A stretch of 42,811 nt of DNA from Alphaproteobacteria bacterium (GTDB taxonomy: Bacteria > Pseudomonadota > Alphaproteobacteria > UBA3830). The stretch's first letter is position 1; each line of letters opens with the position of its first letter. Position numbers and translations under genes: made by a program. Location of the stretch: contig JAILGW010000071.1 in the NCBI GenBank assembly GCA_024696365.1, positions 1 through 42,811 on the forward strand. Direction: 5' to 3'. The notes under the pieces are model-generated. The model searched no databases. It was not told where the DNA came from and saw only the letters and a program-made list of their open reading frames with translations. This document shows, one piece after another, positions 7,992 to 19,776 of this stretch.

Positions 7992-9014
7992 TTAAAACTT
8001 TTCACGAGCACGCTTGGCAACTTCTTCGACATTCTCAATTGGCCAACCGTTAACTTGCATTCCCAAATACAATCCCATTTGCGACAGGACTTCTTTTATC
8101 TCATTCAAAGACTTTCTACCGAAGTTCGGTGTACGCAACATTTCGTTTTCTGTCTTCTGAACAAGATCACCAATATAGACGATATTATCGCCTTTCAAAC
8201 AGTTCATTGAACGAACTGAAAGTTCCAAATCCTCAACTTTTCTGAGCAAGTTAGGATTGAACGGAAGTACCTGCTCTTCGTCTTTATCTTCCTCTTCAAC
8301 TTCATCTTCAAAGTTGATGAACTTCTGAAACTGATCCTGTAAAATCCTCGCAGACATCGCTACGGCATCTTCCGGAGAAATTGAGCCGTCTGTCTCAACA
8401 TCCAAAATCAATTTATCATAATCAGTAGTTTGACCGACACGAGTATCCTCGACTTTATAAGCGACTTTCTTAACAGGACTAAAAATAGAATCCACGAACA
8501 ATGTCCCTACCGGCGCATTTTCTACTCTGTTGTGAGAAGCAGGAACATATCCACGCCCAACAGCAACGGTCATCTCCATATTGAAGGTTATATTGTCACC
8601 AACTGTACAGATATGATGATCAGGATTCAGCAGCTCGATTTCAGAACCGAGTTCAAACATCCCGGCAGTAACTTCGCACGGTCCGGTAACGCTGATTTTC
8701 ATTTTGCGAGGAGTATCGCTTTCCAGCTTCACCGGCATTGATTTTACGTTCAGAATAATGTCAGTTACATCTTCAGAAACGCCCTCTATCGTTGAGAACT
8801 CATGGAGAACGCCGTCTATTTTTATAGAAGTAACAGCAGCCCCCTTCAACGAGGACAACAAAACCCTGCGCAATGCATTTCCAAGCGTCACGCCAAAACC
8901 TCTTTCAAGAGGATCCGCAACTATTGTCGCTACACGCTTATTTACGTCAGCCTCTGCCCCTTCTACCTGAAGCTTATAAGGCTTAATTAAATCTTGCCAT
9001 TGTTTCTGAATCAC
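7992..9014 (-). CDS. rpoA: DNA-directed RNA polymerase subunit alpha
   Basis: 340 aa, with the alpha-CTD helix-hairpin-helix region [12 protein letters not shown]...[12 protein letters not shown]. It sits in the position rpsK-rpoA-rplQ. Confidence 0.96.
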   Translation of the reverse strand: MIQKQWQDLIKPYKLQVEGAEADVNKRVATIVADPLERGFGVTLGNALRRVLLSSLKGAAVTSIKIDGVLHEFSTIEGVSEDVTDIILNVKSMPVKLESDTPRKMKISVTGPCEVTAGMFELGSEIELLNPDHHICTVGDNITFNMEMTVAVGRGYVPASHNRVENAPVGTLFVDSIFSPVKKVAYKVEDTRVGQTTDYDKLILDVETDGSISPEDAVAMSARILQDQFQKFINFEDEVEEEDKDEEQVLPFNPNLLRKVEDLELSVRSMNCLKGDNIVYIGDLVQKTENEMLRTPNFGRKSLNEIKEVLSQMGLYLGMQVNGWPIENVEEVAKRAREKF

Positions 9015-9028
9015 AGTAGACCTCTTTA

Positions 9029-9424
9029 TTAAACTCTACGACGCTTTGGTGGTCTGCATCCGTTGTGTGGAATCGGTGTAACATCTCTGATGGAACCGAC
9101 ATTCAAACCCAAAGCCTGAAACGCTCTCAAAGCAGACTCTCTTCCAGAACCAGGTCCCAAAATCTCGACATCAACATTTTTCATGCCATGCTCAATTGCC
9201 TTGGAAGCAGCTTTTTCAGCAGCAACCTGAGCGGCATAAGGAGTAGACTTACGAGAACCTTTGAACCCCAAACTTCCCGACGAACTCCAAGCAATGGTAT
9301 TTCCTTGGGCATCCGTAACGGTAATCATTGTGTTATTGAAAGTAGCGTTAATATGTACGACACCGGAAACAACGTTCTTTCTGTCTTTCTTTCTTAACTT
9401 TTGCGTACCTTTATTATAAGCCAT
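9029..9424 (-). CDS. rpsK: 30S ribosomal protein S11
   Basis: [18 protein letters not shown]...[11 protein letters not shown]...[20 protein letters not shown]. Confidence 0.96.
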   Translation of the reverse strand: MAYNKGTQKLRKKDRKNVVSGVVHINATFNNTMITVTDAQGNTIAWSSSGSLGFKGSRKSTPYAAQVAAEKAASKAIEHGMKNVDVEILGPGSGRESALRAFQALGLNVGSIRDVTPIPHNGCRPPKRRRV

Positions 9425-9436
9425 ATCGCTATCCCC

Positions 9437-9814
9437 TTACTTCGTTACTTTTTTCTTACCCGGAATTGCTCTTGCTTTTCCTTTTCTGGTACGAGCGTTG
9501 GTATGCGTCCTTTGACCATGTACAGGCAAGCCTTTTCTATGTCTGAAACCTCTATAGCACCCCAAGTCCATCAATCTTTTGATACTCATGGAAACAGTGC
9601 GTCTCAAATCTCCCTCGACCTGATAGTCTCTATCAATCACCTCACGGATTTTCAAGACTTCATCGTCTGTCAATTCAAAGACTCTTTTTTCTTCAGGTAT
9701 GCCAAGTTCACGACAAATAGCACCGGAACGACTTGGTCCGATACCGTAAATATATCTCAAAGCGAACTCTACACGTTTTTTATCAGGTAAGTTGACACCA
9801 GCTATACGAGCCAC
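9437..9814 (-). CDS. rpsM: 30S ribosomal protein S13
   Basis: [26 protein letters not shown]...[13 protein letters not shown]. Confidence 0.96.
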   Translation of the reverse strand: MARIAGVNLPDKKRVEFALRYIYGIGPSRSGAICRELGIPEEKRVFELTDDEVLKIREVIDRDYQVEGDLRRTVSMSIKRLMDLGCYRGFRHRKGLPVHGQRTHTNARTRKGKARAIPGKKKVTK

Positions 9815-9817
9815 GAA

Positions 9818-10465
9818 TTATCTCCTTTTTTCAATTCCTAAACTGCGCAAAGCCTCATCTACTCTCTGCGCCACTTCTCTACGCGTTCCCTCTCCGGAAA
9901 CTCTTATCAATCTGTCAGAGTAATATTCAGAAATAGGGAGCGTCTCCTCTTCATACTTCTCTAACCTTTTTCTCACAACAGATTCTTCATCATCTTTGCG
10001 CTTTATAAGCTTACCGCCGCAGGAACACACCGTATCCAAATAGCCATAAGTTTTACCACACACCGAGCAAACCTGTCGCTTTGATATTCTCTCTACAACC
10101 TCTTCCTCATTTACGTCGAGTTCAATAACATGTATTGAACTTCTCAACGCTCCGGACTTCATGTCATCCAATTTAATGGCCTGAGTCCTTGTTCTCGGAT
10201 ATCCGTCTAAGATAACAGCATCGACCTCTTCAAGAGAATCCTTCATCTTCTGTTCTACAAGTTCACTTACAATGTCATCACTGACTAACCCACCTGAACT
10301 GAGAACGTCCTTTACCTTTAAACCGATATCAGACTCTTTTTTTACCTCATCTCTTAACAAATTTCCAGTGGAAAAATGTAAAACCTCGTAATTATCCACC
10401 AAATGCTGAGCTACCGTTCCCTTTCCAGATCCCGGAGCCCCGAGAAGAACTATTATCGCTGTCAT
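9818..10465 (-). CDS. adk: Adenylate kinase (Cys4-type short LID)
   Basis: P-loop LLGAPGSGKGT; FSTGNLLR; LID segment CSVCGKTYGYLDTVCSCGG. It lies between secY and rpsM, as is usual in Alphaproteobacteria. Confidence 0.93.
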   Translation of the reverse strand: MTAIIVLLGAPGSGKGTVAQHLVDNYEVLHFSTGNLLRDEVKKESDIGLKVKDVLSSGGLVSDDIVSELVEQKMKDSLEEVDAVILDGYPRTRTQAIKLDDMKSGALRSSIHVIELDVNEEEVVERISKRQVCSVCGKTYGYLDTVCSCGGKLIKRKDDEESVVRKRLEKYEEETLPISEYYSDRLIRVSGEGTRREVAQRVDEALRSLGIEKRR

Positions 10466-11790
10466 CTACGCCTCTTTTCCATTTTCTTTAATACGCCTCT
10501 GTATTGATGAGACAATAAGTGAGTGTATATTTGAGAAATCGTATCAATAGTCACACCAACTATAATCAAAATTCCCGTACCACCGAATATGAAGTGCACG
10601 CCAAATTTAGCGTTCATAATATCAGGCAATATACACACAAAAGACATATACAACGCACCAACAGTCGTCAACCTCGTTAAGATGAAATCCAAATAGTCAG
10701 CAGTCGCTTGTCCCGGTCTTACCCCCGGAATAAATCCGCCCGCTTTTTTCAAGTTATCCGCTGTTTCAGTTGGATTGAAAACAACTGCCGTATAGAAGAA
10801 TGAGAAGAACACTATCATCACAATCAACACCAGCGAGAACAACGCCCCGCCACGGCTGAAAAACGCGACGAACGCGCTCAAAAACACGTTATCCGTACGA
10901 CCGGCAAAGTTAGCCAGCATAAGAGGCAGTGACAACAGAGAATATGCGAAGATAGGAGGAATAACACCTGCTGAGTTAATCTTCAACGGCAAATGATTTG
11001 TATCCATTACCTTTCCCTGAGCCATCATAGCCTGACGCTGAGGATAATTGATACTCACACGGCGCTGTGCTCTTTCCATATAAACGACGAAAATAATAAC
11101 CGCTACTGCAACCGCAAAAATAAACGCGACCGAGAATGGAGAAATCGCTCCTGCCTTCCCCAATTCAAATATGTTTGCAATACTTGCCGGCATGTTTGCG
11201 ACGATACCAGCAAAGATTAACAGTGATGAACCATTACCAACACCGCGAGAAGTCATTTGTTCGCCAAGCCAGACCAGGAACAACGTTCCGCACACCAAGG
11301 ACGGCACAGCAATTACAGGGAACAATCCGCCGATAACGACAGGGCTTCCCTGAGCGTTCATTAAGAACAAACTGATTCCATACGCCTGGAAACCAGCAAC
11401 CAAAATCGTCAAATATTTCGTATATTGATGTATTTTCTTACGCCCTGTCTCGCCTTCTTTCTTAAGAGCCTCAAGCGTAGGAGAAATCATCGTGAACAAC
11501 TGAATAATAATGCTTGAAGAGATGTAAGGCATCAAGTTCAAGGCAAAAATTGTCATACGGCTTAACGCGCCTCCGGAAAACATGTTGAACATGCCCAAAA
11601 TGCCGCCACCGTCTAAATGCCTCTTCGCCATTTCCTGAATAATCGCCGGATCAAGTCCCGGAAGAGGTATATAGGTACCGATTCTATAAATGAAAAGAGC
11701 CATAATAGTAAACAGCAATCTTTTCTGTAAATCAGACGCTTTCTGGAACGTCTCTAAACTCAAACCTTGTTCGAATACAGTACCTGACAT
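10462..11790 (-). CDS. secY: Preprotein translocase subunit SecY
   Basis: 442-aa polytopic membrane protein (LFIYRIGTYIPLPG, GGALSRMTIFALNLMPYISSSII). Its position is rplO-secY-adk, and it overlaps adk by 4 nt. Confidence 0.95.
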   Translation of the reverse strand: MSGTVFEQGLSLETFQKASDLQKRLLFTIMALFIYRIGTYIPLPGLDPAIIQEMAKRHLDGGGILGMFNMFSGGALSRMTIFALNLMPYISSSIIIQLFTMISPTLEALKKEGETGRKKIHQYTKYLTILVAGFQAYGISLFLMNAQGSPVVIGGLFPVIAVPSLVCGTLFLVWLGEQMTSRGVGNGSSLLIFAGIVANMPASIANIFELGKAGAISPFSVAFIFAVAVAVIIFVVYMERAQRRVSINYPQRQAMMAQGKVMDTNHLPLKINSAGVIPPIFAYSLLSLPLMLANFAGRTDNVFLSAFVAFFSRGGALFSLVLIVMIVFFSFFYTAVVFNPTETADNLKKAGGFIPGVRPGQATADYLDFILTRLTTVGALYMSFVCILPDIMNAKFGVHFIFGGTGILIIVGVTIDTISQIYTHLLSHQYRGVLKKMEKRRR

Positions 11791-11799
11791 TTACACAAC

Positions 11800-12264
11800 C
11801 TAAACTATCTGAATCTTACCACCAGCTGCTTCTACTTCGCGAACCGCCGCGTCTGTCGCATAATTCACGGAGATTTTCAAAGCTGCGCTCAATTTTCCTT
11901 TGGCCAAAAGACGAACCGTCGTCGCCGTCTCTCTGACGAGACCGACTTTTTTCAAAACATCAACTGTTACGTCTTCTTTCGCTGTGATTACTTTCTTATC
12001 ATAAAGCTTTTGCAAATCAATAAGATTGATGCAAGCGACGCCTGATTTATCCTGCAAAGAGGTAAAACCTCTCTTCGGCAATCTTCTGTAGAGAGGCATT
12101 TGACCGCCTTCAAACCAACAGACCTTTCCGCGTCCCGAACGCGCTTTTCCGCCTTTATGACCGAATGTGCTGGTTTTACCGCAACCGGAACCGATACCAC
12201 GACCGATAGCCTTCTTATCTATTCCATTGCGAGCTTTTAAATTATTTAACTTAAAACTACTCAT
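11800..12264 (-). CDS. rplO: 50S ribosomal protein L15
   Basis: GRGIGSGCGKTSTFGHKGGKARSG is the L15 signature. I chose the ATG at 12264, which overlaps the rpmD stop region; the alternative is a GTG at 12270. Confidence 0.93.
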   Translation of the reverse strand: MSSFKLNNLKARNGIDKKAIGRGIGSGCGKTSTFGHKGGKARSGRGKVCWFEGGQMPLYRRLPKRGFTSLQDKSGVACINLIDLQKLYDKKVITAKEDVTVDVLKKVGLVRETATTVRLLAKGKLSAALKISVNYATDAAVREVEAAGGKIQIV

Positions 12265-12457
12265 TTGCACCCTCGACCTTCACCAAGTGAGAAACCTTTC
12301 TAATGAGTCCCCTGATACAATTGTCATCGTTCAACTCGACTTTCTTACCGATTCTTCCCAGTCCGAGAGCCTTTAAACTTTTAACTTGAGACTCGTCACA
12401 CCTTGCCTGACTTCTTGTCTGGACAACGCATAATTTTGCTGTCTTAGCCTTTACCAT
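12257..12457 (-). CDS. rpmD: 50S ribosomal protein L30
   Basis: 66 aa; VVQTRSQARCDESQVKSLKALGLGRIGKKVEL...IRGLIRKVSHLVKVE. Confidence 0.92.
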   Translation of the reverse strand: MVKAKTAKLCVVQTRSQARCDESQVKSLKALGLGRIGKKVELNDDNCIRGLIRKVSHLVKVEGANE

Positions 12458-12465
12458 AGCTGCCT

Positions 12466-12978
12466 CTATTTCGTTGATGAGCGGCGGGACGTTACTTCAC
12501 CGACTCTCTTACCGCGCTTGCTTGCGATGTATCTTGGAGATACCGTCGACTGCAACGCGTCAAATGTCGCTCTTACCATATTATGCGGATTCGCAGAACC
12601 GATACACTTGCTAACGACATCCTGTATTCCCAAAGCTTCAAATACGGATCTCATAGCACCACCTGCGATGATTCCAGTACCTGCAACTGCTGAACGCAAC
12701 ACAACTTTTCCAGCACCAAATCTGCCGAAAGAATCATGATGCAGCGTTCTGCTTTCACGCATAGGAATTCTAATCATCGAACGTTTTGCTCTTTCTGACG
12801 CCTTCTTCACGGCATCAGCGACCTCTCTTGCTTTTCCGCTCGCGTAACCTACTCTACCTTTTCCATCGCCGACAACGACCAAAGCGGAGAAAGAAAATCT
12901 CTTTCCACCCTTCACAACCTTCGCAACACGATTGATTGCTACGAGTTTTTCAATGTAAGCTGTTTCTTCACGACTCAT
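12466..12978 (-). CDS. rpsE: 30S ribosomal protein S5
   Basis: [36 protein letters not shown]... Confidence 0.95.
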   Translation of the reverse strand: MSREETAYIEKLVAINRVAKVVKGGKRFSFSALVVVGDGKGRVGYASGKAREVADAVKKASERAKRSMIRIPMRESRTLHHDSFGRFGAGKVVLRSAVAGTGIIAGGAMRSVFEALGIQDVVSKCIGSANPHNMVRATFDALQSTVSPRYIASKRGKRVGEVTSRRSSTK

Positions 12979-12990
12979 AAAAACTATTCC

Positions 12991-13350
12991 TTAAAATAAC
13001 AAACCACCGCTACGGGCACCATCAGCTAAAGCTTTCACTCTGCCGTGATAATTATAGCCTCCACGATCAAACACTACTTCTTTGATGCCTGCTTCGGCAG
13101 CTTTGCCGGCCAACATAACACCAACTTTAGTTGCTGCTTCACAGTTAGATGTCTTTCCTACTCCACGGAAACTCTTATCCATGGTAGACGCTGAACACAA
13201 CGTCCTTCCGCAGGAATCATCTATAATCTGCGCATAGATATGGCGATCTGATCTGAAAACAGAAAGTCTCGGCTTACCAAAAGACTTATTGCGTACTTTG
13301 TAACGGACTCTATCTGCTCTACGTTTAAAATTTCTGCAAAATCTGGCCAT
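12991..13350 (-). CDS. rplR: 50S ribosomal protein L18
   Basis: [19 protein letters not shown]...[27 protein letters not shown]. Confidence 0.95.
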   Translation of the reverse strand: MARFCRNFKRRADRVRYKVRNKSFGKPRLSVFRSDRHIYAQIIDDSCGRTLCSASTMDKSFRGVGKTSNCEAATKVGVMLAGKAAEAGIKEVVFDRGGYNYHGRVKALADGARSGGLLF

Positions 13351-13352
13351 GA

Positions 13353-13886
13353 TTACTTCTTCTTTCCTTCTTTACGATATACGTACTGCCCTTCAATAAT
13401 CACACCTTTTCCTTTGTATGGCTCAGGTGGTCTATGCTTCTGCAGTTTCTTAATAACTTCACCAACCAGCTGCTTATCAGCACCTGATACAGCGATTAAT
13501 GTCGGACTTTCGCAAGCGACTTTGATTCCCTCAGGAATTTCAAAAATCACATCGTGGCTGTAGCCGAGCTGCAAAACTAGATTCTTGCCCTGTACGCTGG
13601 CTTTGTAACCGACACCGACCAAATTCACTTTCTTTACGAAAAGTGTGGACAGACCTTGTATCGCATCTGCGACGACCGCACGACACGTTCCCCACATTGC
13701 TCTGGAAAACTTGGTGTCATCACATGGCTTAAAAACAATTTTACCATCAGCGATTTCAGTGTGCACACAGTTGTGTACTTTAAACTCGAACCCGCCGTTC
13801 TTACCTTTTCCGGAAATAACGCCGTCTTTAAAAGCGACATCTACCCCGGCAGGAATACTTATAGGATGCTTTCCAATTCTTGACAT
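13353..13886 (-). CDS. rplF: 50S ribosomal protein L6
   Basis: [17 protein letters not shown]... is an L6 N-terminus. The ATG at 13886 lies just after the rpsH stop; the longer ORF in the track (to 13943) would overlap rpsH. Confidence 0.93.
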   Translation of the reverse strand: MSRIGKHPISIPAGVDVAFKDGVISGKGKNGGFEFKVHNCVHTEIADGKIVFKPCDDTKFSRAMWGTCRAVVADAIQGLSTLFVKKVNLVGVGYKASVQGKNLVLQLGYSHDVIFEIPEGIKVACESPTLIAVSGADKQLVGEVIKKLQKHRPPEPYKGKGVIIEGQYVYRKEGKKK

Positions 13887-13887
13887 T

Positions 13888-14280
13888 TTAGAACACCTTA
13901 CACAAAACTTCGCCACCGACATTATTTTCTTTGGCTTCCGCATCCGACATTACGCCTTTGGATGTAGACAGCACATAGATGCCGAAACCGTTAAACACTG
14001 AATCAATTTTCTTCAGCTTAGAATAAACTCTGCGGCTTGGCTTAGAAACTCTGTCAAGAGCTTGAATTACGGACTTACCTTCGTAATATCTTAACTCAAC
14101 TCTCAGAAATTTACGTTCACCAACCGTCACTTCTTTGAAGCCGTTGATATACCCTTCTCTTTCTAAGACACGTAAAATTCCTGCCTTGAGTTTGGATGAT
14201 GGGATATCAACTGTTTCAAAATAACGCTGACAAGCATTTTTAATTCTTGCAAGCATATCTGAAATAGGATCAGTCATCAT
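13888..14280 (-). CDS. rpsH: 30S ribosomal protein S8
   Basis: MMTDPISDMLARIKNA...; AAGGAG lies 9 nt upstream of the first ATG. Confidence 0.95.
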   Translation of the reverse strand: MMTDPISDMLARIKNACQRYFETVDIPSSKLKAGILRVLEREGYINGFKEVTVGERKFLRVELRYYEGKSVIQALDRVSKPSRRVYSKLKKIDSVFNGFGIYVLSTSKGVMSDAEAKENNVGGEVLCKVF

Positions 14281-14293
14281 TATATATTACTCC

Positions 14294-14599
14294 TTACCAA
14301 CTTGCTTTACGCACACCCGGAATCAATCCGGCAGAAGCCATTTCTCTCAACATAATACGAGAAATACCAAACTTTCTGTAAACACCACGTGAACGTCCTG
14401 TAATCATGCAACGATTACGGATTCTTGTCGCAGAAGAAGTTCTCGGCATTTGAGCCAACTTCAACTGAGCCGCAAAACGCTCTTCAGGCGCCAGTGTTTT
14501 ATTCATAATAACAGCTTTTAATTCCGCACGCTTTGCACGCTTCGCACTTACCGCCTTACGGATTCTTTTTGCTGATTCCATACTACTTTTACGAGCCAT
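14294..14599 (-). CDS. rpsN: 30S ribosomal protein S14 (long, non-zinc type)
   Basis: [15 protein letters not shown]...[41 protein letters not shown]. The ATG at 14599 is preceded by TAAGGAGAA; the longer version in the track overlaps rplE. Confidence 0.93.
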   Translation of the reverse strand: MARKSSMESAKRIRKAVSAKRAKRAELKAVIMNKTLAPEERFAAQLKLAQMPRTSSATRIRNRCMITGRSRGVYRKFGISRIMLREMASAGLIPGVRKASW

Positions 14600-14609
14600 C
14601 TTATTCTCC

Positions 14610-15149
14610 TTACGCGACAAACGGGAAATTAAATGCTTTTAACAACGCCGCGGCATGAGCATCATTCTTTGTGTTGGTCACAATAACGACATCCAAACCG
14701 TGAATGTTCTCTACATTGCTAACTGCAACTTCAGGGAAAATAATCTGTTCTTTAATACCGAAAGAATAGTTTCCGTTTCCGTCGAATGATTTCTTCGGCA
14801 AACCTCTGAAGTCTCTGACTCTTGGAAGAGCGATATTTACCAATCTATCCAAGAATTCATACATCTTATCCTTACGCAGAGTCACCATCGCGCCGATTTT
14901 CTGACCTTCACGAAGTTTGAAACCTGCAACGGACTTGCGAGCAGTCGTGATAACAGCCTTTTGTCCGGAAATAGCCGTCAATTCCTCAACCGCTTGTTTC
15001 ACGTACTTGCTGTCGGCGATTCCTTCACCTACGCCCATGTTGAGAACGATTTTCTCAAGACGAGGCACCTGCAAATCATTCGTAAACTTAAATTCCGACT
15101 TTAATTGCGGAACTATTTTTTCAAAATAATAATCTTTTAAACGAGCCAT
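14610..15149 (-). CDS. rplE: 50S ribosomal protein L5
   Basis: [20 protein letters not shown]...[12 protein letters not shown]... Confidence 0.95.
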   Translation of the reverse strand: MARLKDYYFEKIVPQLKSEFKFTNDLQVPRLEKIVLNMGVGEGIADSKYVKQAVEELTAISGQKAVITTARKSVAGFKLREGQKIGAMVTLRKDKMYEFLDRLVNIALPRVRDFRGLPKKSFDGNGNYSFGIKEQIIFPEVAVSNVENIHGLDVVIVTNTKNDAHAAALLKAFNFPFVA

Positions 15150-15162
15150 AATCTTCTCACGT

Positions 15163-15477
15163 CTAATTCAAAACAGAACCGGTACGCTTTGAAACACGCA
15201 CCTTCTTACCATCAACAATTTTCATCCCGACACGAGTTGGCTTATCATCGGTAGAATCTACCAGCATCACGTTCGATACATGGATAGACTGTTCCGCTTT
15301 TATGAGTCCACCAGAATTCGTCATAGAAGGCTTCTGATGCTTTGTGCAAACATTGACACCTTTAACAACAACCCTTTTCTCATCCCTTAAAACGCGTAAA
15401 ACTTCACCTTTTACGCCTTTATCTTTTCCTGTGATGACCTGAACGGTATCACCTTTCTTTATACGCCACTTATCCAT
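15163..15477 (-). CDS. rplX: 50S ribosomal protein L24
   Basis: [24 protein letters not shown] is the KOW motif. Confidence 0.94.
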   Translation of the reverse strand: MDKWRIKKGDTVQVITGKDKGVKGEVLRVLRDEKRVVVKGVNVCTKHQKPSMTNSGGLIKAEQSIHVSNVMLVDSTDDKPTRVGMKIVDGKKVRVSKRTGSVLN

Positions 15478-15845
15478 TACAGCACCTCCGGAGCTAACGA
15501 AATAATTTTCATCATGCCTCTGCTGCGCAATTCTCTTGTGACCGGACCGAAAACACGAGTTCCGATTGGCTCACCTTGCTTATCAATCAAGACAGCAGCA
15601 TTTCTGTCAAATCTTATAAGACTTCCATCCTTACGATGAATTGCGGACGCTGTTCTCACAACTACCGCTCTGACGACATCGCCTTCTTTCACTTTTCCGC
15701 GAGGAATAGCGTCTTTTACTGAAGCGATGATAATATCGCCGACTCTGGCGTATCTGCGACCTGCACCGCCCAGAACCTTAATGCACATCAACTCACGAGC
15801 ACCGGAATTATCTGCGACATTTAAACGAGACTGCATCTGTATCAT
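15477..15845 (-). CDS. rplN: 50S ribosomal protein L14
   Basis: [27 protein letters not shown]... Confidence 0.96.
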   Translation of the reverse strand: MIQMQSRLNVADNSGARELMCIKVLGGAGRRYARVGDIIIASVKDAIPRGKVKEGDVVRAVVVRTASAIHRKDGSLIRFDRNAAVLIDKQGEPIGTRVFGPVTRELRSRGMMKIISLAPEVL

Positions 15846-15851
15846 AATTAA

Positions 15852-16097
15852 TTACTCCTTCGCAGCGTCATTTTCGACAACAACCCAACACTTTGTTTTA
15901 GATATAGGGCTTGTCTCACAAATCGCAACATGATCCCCGATGTTGCACTCATTCTTTTCATCATGCGCATGGAACTTCTTCGTAATGTTCACGTACTTTT
16001 TGTATTTCGGATGCATTACGCGTCTTGTCACAAGTACAGTAACCGTTTTATCGCAAGAGTTACTTGTAACTACGCCTTCTAAAATACGCTTAGGCAT
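15852..16097 (-). CDS. rpsQ: 30S ribosomal protein S17
   Basis: [33 protein letters not shown]... Confidence 0.94.
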   Translation of the reverse strand: MPKRILEGVVTSNSCDKTVTVLVTRRVMHPKYKKYVNITKKFHAHDEKNECNIGDHVAICETSPISKTKCWVVVENDAAKE

Positions 16098-16272
16098 TCT
16101 TTTCCTCTTTATTCTGCAGCAATCTTACACACTTTGCTATATTTTTGCGAGCATTTTTTACCACGTGAGCGGAAACACTTTCTCCCAGGACTCTGCGGAA
16201 ACGAATTCTCATCGCTTCGAGCTTCGCAGCATCTACGTCACCGGTTGACTCTACTACTTTCTTCTTAGCCAT
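16090..16272 (-). CDS. rpmC: 50S ribosomal protein L29
   Basis: 60-aa ORF in the canonical rplP-rpmC-rpsQ slot, helical and K/R-rich. The sequence is divergent, so the call rests mainly on position. Confidence 0.8.
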   Translation of the reverse strand: MAKKKVVESTGDVDAAKLEAMRIRFRRVLGESVSAHVVKNARKNIAKCVRLLQNKEEKNA

Positions 16273-16274
16273 AT

Positions 16275-16685
16275 TTATGCCCCTCTCGAAACTATCTTAG
16301 TTAAAATCGGTAATTTAGCTGCCGCCAATGTCAAAGCCTCTTTAGCTATTGACTCATCAACACCGTCCATTTCGAACAGAATCGTCCCCGGATAAACACG
16401 GCATGCCCAATACTCGACACCACCTTTTCCGCTTCCCATTCTGACTTCAGCCGGCTTCTGTGACACAGGCACGTTTGGATATACTCTAATCCAAACTTTA
16501 CCGACACGCTTCATGCACCTTGTAATCGTACGTCTCGCCGCCTCAATCTGAGCTGCGGTAACACGAGCAGGCTCCATGGCTTTCAAACCGTATGAACCGA
16601 AACTCAATTCATAACCACGAGATGCTACTCCGTGAATTTTTCCCTTAAAATGCTTTCTGAATTTCATTCTGGCTGGAGATAACAT
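16275..16685 (-). CDS. rplP: 50S ribosomal protein L16
   Basis: [19 protein letters not shown]...[14 protein letters not shown]... Confidence 0.95.
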   Translation of the reverse strand: MLSPARMKFRKHFKGKIHGVASRGYELSFGSYGLKAMEPARVTAAQIEAARRTITRCMKRVGKVWIRVYPNVPVSQKPAEVRMGSGKGGVEYWACRVYPGTILFEMDGVDESIAKEALTLAAAKLPILTKIVSRGA

Positions 16686-16688
16686 GTC

Positions 16689-17369
16689 TTATTCCCTTTC
16701 CTGCTGTCTATCGCCGACTCTCTTCGGCAAAAACACGGACTTCGAGTTAAACAACTCGCCTTTATATATCCAGACTTTCACACCTACCGAACCATAAGTG
16801 GTGTTGGCAGTTGAGAATCCGTAATCAATATCGGCTCTCAAAGTGTGCAATGGAACTTGACCTTCTCTGTACCATTCCATTCTCGCGATTTCAGCACCGC
16901 CAAGACGACCTGAACAGTTGACTCTGATTCCGAGTCCACCAGCCCTCAATGTGAACTGAATAGCTCTCTTAACAGCTCTGCGGAACCCGACTCTTTTCTC
17001 AATCTGAGAAGCGATTGAATCCGCCACCAACTTAGCGTCGATTTCCGGCTTACGCACTTCAACGATATTCAAAGCGACATCCAATCCGGCCATTTTTACC
17101 AAATCAGCACGCAACTTTTCTATACCGTTACCTTTTTTACCAATTACAACACCTGGCCTTGCCGTATGTATCGTAACAACAACTTTTTTCGCTAATCTTT
17201 CCAAAACAATTTTAGAAACGCCGGCTTGATTCAATTCTTTATTCAAGAATTTTCTCAACTCAAAGTCCCTACGCAATAAATCAGCGTAATTGTTCTTAGA
17301 ATACCAACTTGAATTCCAGTTACGGATTATACCAAGACGAAGCGAATTCGGATTTACCTTTTGTCCCAT
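16689..17369 (-). CDS. rpsC: 30S ribosomal protein S3
   Basis: [23 protein letters not shown]...; the ATG at 17369 directly follows the rplV stop. Confidence 0.95.
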   Translation of the reverse strand: MGQKVNPNSLRLGIIRNWNSSWYSKNNYADLLRRDFELRKFLNKELNQAGVSKIVLERLAKKVVVTIHTARPGVVIGKKGNGIEKLRADLVKMAGLDVALNIVEVRKPEIDAKLVADSIASQIEKRVGFRRAVKRAIQFTLRAGGLGIRVNCSGRLGGAEIARMEWYREGQVPLHTLRADIDYGFSTANTTYGSVGVKVWIYKGELFNSKSVFLPKRVGDRQQERE

Positions 17370-17370
17370 A

Positions 17371-17742
17371 TTAACCCTCAGTCTCACATAACACTACTGT
17401 CAAACGACTAAATCTCTTGCGAATAGGAGATCCACTACCTTTCGCACGAGCCATAAACCTCCTGAGTACAATGGCTTTCCCGACATAAGCCTCTCTTACA
17501 ACCAACAAATCAATATTCAAGCTATGATTTGTTTCCGCATTTGCTACTGCGGAAAGAAGTGTTTTTCTGACATCCTGAGCTACCGCCCTCTTGCAAAACT
17601 TCAAAGCGTCCAATGCTCTAGCTACGGACATTCCTCTAATCATTTTTGCAACCAAATTTACCTTTCTCGGCGACGCAAGAACCATTCTATCTTTGGCTAT
17701 TACATCAACAGAAGTCGGTTGTATACGTAATCTCTTAGCCAT
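17371..17742 (-). CDS. rplV: 50S ribosomal protein L22
   Basis: [26 protein letters not shown]... Confidence 0.94.
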   Translation of the reverse strand: MAKRLRIQPTSVDVIAKDRMVLASPRKVNLVAKMIRGMSVARALDALKFCKRAVAQDVRKTLLSAVANAETNHSLNIDLLVVREAYVGKAIVLRRFMARAKGSGSPIRKRFSRLTVVLCETEG

Positions 17743-17744
17743 TA

Positions 17745-18029
17745 CTATTCACCTTTCTTTGTCGCTTTTTTATCGCCGGAATGACCAGTAAACGTCCTGG
17801 TAGGAGCGAACTCACCCAATTTATGTCCTACCATTTCCTCCGTCACCAACACAGGGATGAACTTACGGCCGTTGTGAACCGAAAATGTAACCCCCACGAA
17901 ATCAGGAATTAATGTAGAACGCCTTGACCACGTCTTTATAGGATCACGACGACCCGACTCCAACAAGGCCTTTACTTTTTTCATCAAATATCCGTCAACA
18001 AACGGACCTTTCCATACTGAACGAGCCAC
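17745..18029 (-). CDS. rpsS: 30S ribosomal protein S19
   Basis: [19 protein letters not shown]...[27 protein letters not shown]. Confidence 0.96.
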   Translation of the reverse strand: MARSVWKGPFVDGYLMKKVKALLESGRRDPIKTWSRRSTLIPDFVGVTFSVHNGRKFIPVLVTEEMVGHKLGEFAPTRTFTGHSGDKKATKKGE

Positions 18030-18036
18030 TTCTCAC

Positions 18037-18864
18037 CTATTTCTTTCTACGCGTCAAAATAAACTTATCGGACGGTTTAGCCTTCCTTCTGGTCTTATAA
18101 CCTTTCGTCGGCTTACCCCACGGGGTAACAGGCTGTCTTCCGCTCTTGGTCTTACCTTCACCACCACCGTGCGGGTGATCGATTGGGTTCATCGCCGAGC
18201 CTCTGTTTACCGGACGTCTGCCGAGCCAACGACTGCGTCCCGCCTTACCCAAATTTACGTTCTTTTGATCCGGGTTCGAAACTGCACCTATAGTAGCACG
18301 ACACTCACCGTTTATCAATCTAACCTCACCGGATGACAGCTTAACGATGACTCTTCCTGAATCACGTCCAACTATCTGACCGTAAGTTCCCGCAGAACGA
18401 GCGAACTGAGCGCCTTTCCCGAGGTGGAACTCGATATTGTGAATAATCGTACCAACCGGAATATTTATCATTTTCATGCAGTTACCGACCTTGATGTCGG
18501 CTTTATCTGCGGAAATGATTTTATCTCCGGCAGCTAATCTTTGCGGAGCGACTATGTAAGAGTATTCGCCATCCGTGTACTTTATCAACGCAATAAACGC
18601 TGTTCTGTTCGGATCATACTCGATTCTCTCGACAACCGCTTCTACGTCTACTTTGTTTCTGACGAAATCAACGAAACGATACGCCTTCTTATGACCACCG
18701 CACCTATGCCATGTTGTTATATGGCCGTGTGCGTTACGTCCGCCGGTAGCCGGCTTACCGCAAACCAAACCTTTGTGAGGCTTTCCTTTCCATAAAGAAG
18801 AACGATCAACTAAGACCAATCCTCTTGTGCCAGGTGTTACTGGTTTATATGCTTTTAAAGCCAT
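18037..18864 (-). CDS. rplB: 50S ribosomal protein L2
   Basis: ...[26 protein letters not shown]... Confidence 0.96.
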   Translation of the reverse strand: MALKAYKPVTPGTRGLVLVDRSSLWKGKPHKGLVCGKPATGGRNAHGHITTWHRCGGHKKAYRFVDFVRNKVDVEAVVERIEYDPNRTAFIALIKYTDGEYSYIVAPQRLAAGDKIISADKADIKVGNCMKMINIPVGTIIHNIEFHLGKGAQFARSAGTYGQIVGRDSGRVIVKLSSGEVRLINGECRATIGAVSNPDQKNVNLGKAGRSRWLGRRPVNRGSAMNPIDHPHGGGEGKTKSGRQPVTPWGKPTKGYKTRRKAKPSDKFILTRRKK

Positions 18865-19148
18865 TAGATACCACCCTCAAAATTAATCTTGCCCTCGGAC
18901 AAGCTGACTACCGCGATTTTTCTGCCGGATGTTTCACCGATTTTTCCACGGAAAGTGCGCTTCTTACCATCTCTGTTCAAGATGTTGACCTTAGCAACTT
19001 TTACTTTAAACACTTTTTCTACAGCTCTTCTGACATCCAACTTAGTGGCGCAAGCGCTAACCCTAAACACATGCACTCCGTCTTTATTAGAGTTCATGGT
19101 CTTTTCTGTCATGACAGGAGCAATTAAACAATCGTATTCTGATATCAT
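18864..19148 (-). CDS. rplW: 50S ribosomal protein L23
   Basis: 94 aa; [10 protein letters not shown]...[30 protein letters not shown]. It sits in the position rplD-rplW-rplB. Confidence 0.93.
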   Translation of the reverse strand: MISEYDCLIAPVMTEKTMNSNKDGVHVFRVSACATKLDVRRAVEKVFKVKVAKVNILNRDGKKRTFRGKIGETSGRKIAVVSLSEGKINFEGGI

Positions 19149-19152
19149 GATC

Positions 19153-19776
19153 TTATCCTAACAAACGCTCTTGAAGACCTGCGACAGCGCTCTTTGTCAG
19201 CACTATCTTTTCATGCGATAAACCATCATACACGTTGAAACCGATAACCGGTAACACGTCTACTTTGTGAAGGTTTCCGCAAGCTTTTTTAAAGTTTACG
19301 CAATCTGTTGTGGCATCCACAAACAAAGCTGAATCCAATTTCATCTTATTCAAAGACTCAACCAATCCCTTTGTCTTCAGATTCTCAACATTCAAATCCT
19401 CAACGATTACGAGATTCTTCTCTTTTGCCTTAATCGACAGCAAAGACTTCAAAGCCAAAATTCTGACTTTCTTGTTCACCTTAAAATCATGAGAACGTGG
19501 TGTAGGACCGAACACGATACCGCCACCGATGAAGATGTTCGCCGTACGCGCGCCGTGACGTGCATTTCCGGTTCCCTTCTGTCTGTACAACTTCTTCGTT
19601 GTTCTGCTGACATCGCTGCGGCCTTTTACTGCATGCGTTCCGGCTTGCCTTCTCGCCAACTGCCACCTGATAACATCAGCGAGGCTTTCTGTCTTAGGCT
19701 CAATCTTGAATACAGCATCATTCAGCGTAATATCGCCGCCGGTGGTGCCGTCTAATTTCATCACATGCAACTTCAT
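19153..19776 (-). CDS. rplD: 50S ribosomal protein L4
   Basis: ...KLYRQKGTGNARHGARTANIFIGGGIVFGPTPRSH... Confidence 0.95.
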   Translation of the reverse strand: MKLHVMKLDGTTGGDITLNDAVFKIEPKTESLADVIRWQLARRQAGTHAVKGRSDVSRTTKKLYRQKGTGNARHGARTANIFIGGGIVFGPTPRSHDFKVNKKVRILALKSLLSIKAKEKNLVIVEDLNVENLKTKGLVESLNKMKLDSALFVDATTDCVNFKKACGNLHKVDVLPVIGFNVYDGLSHEKIVLTKSAVAGLQERLLG

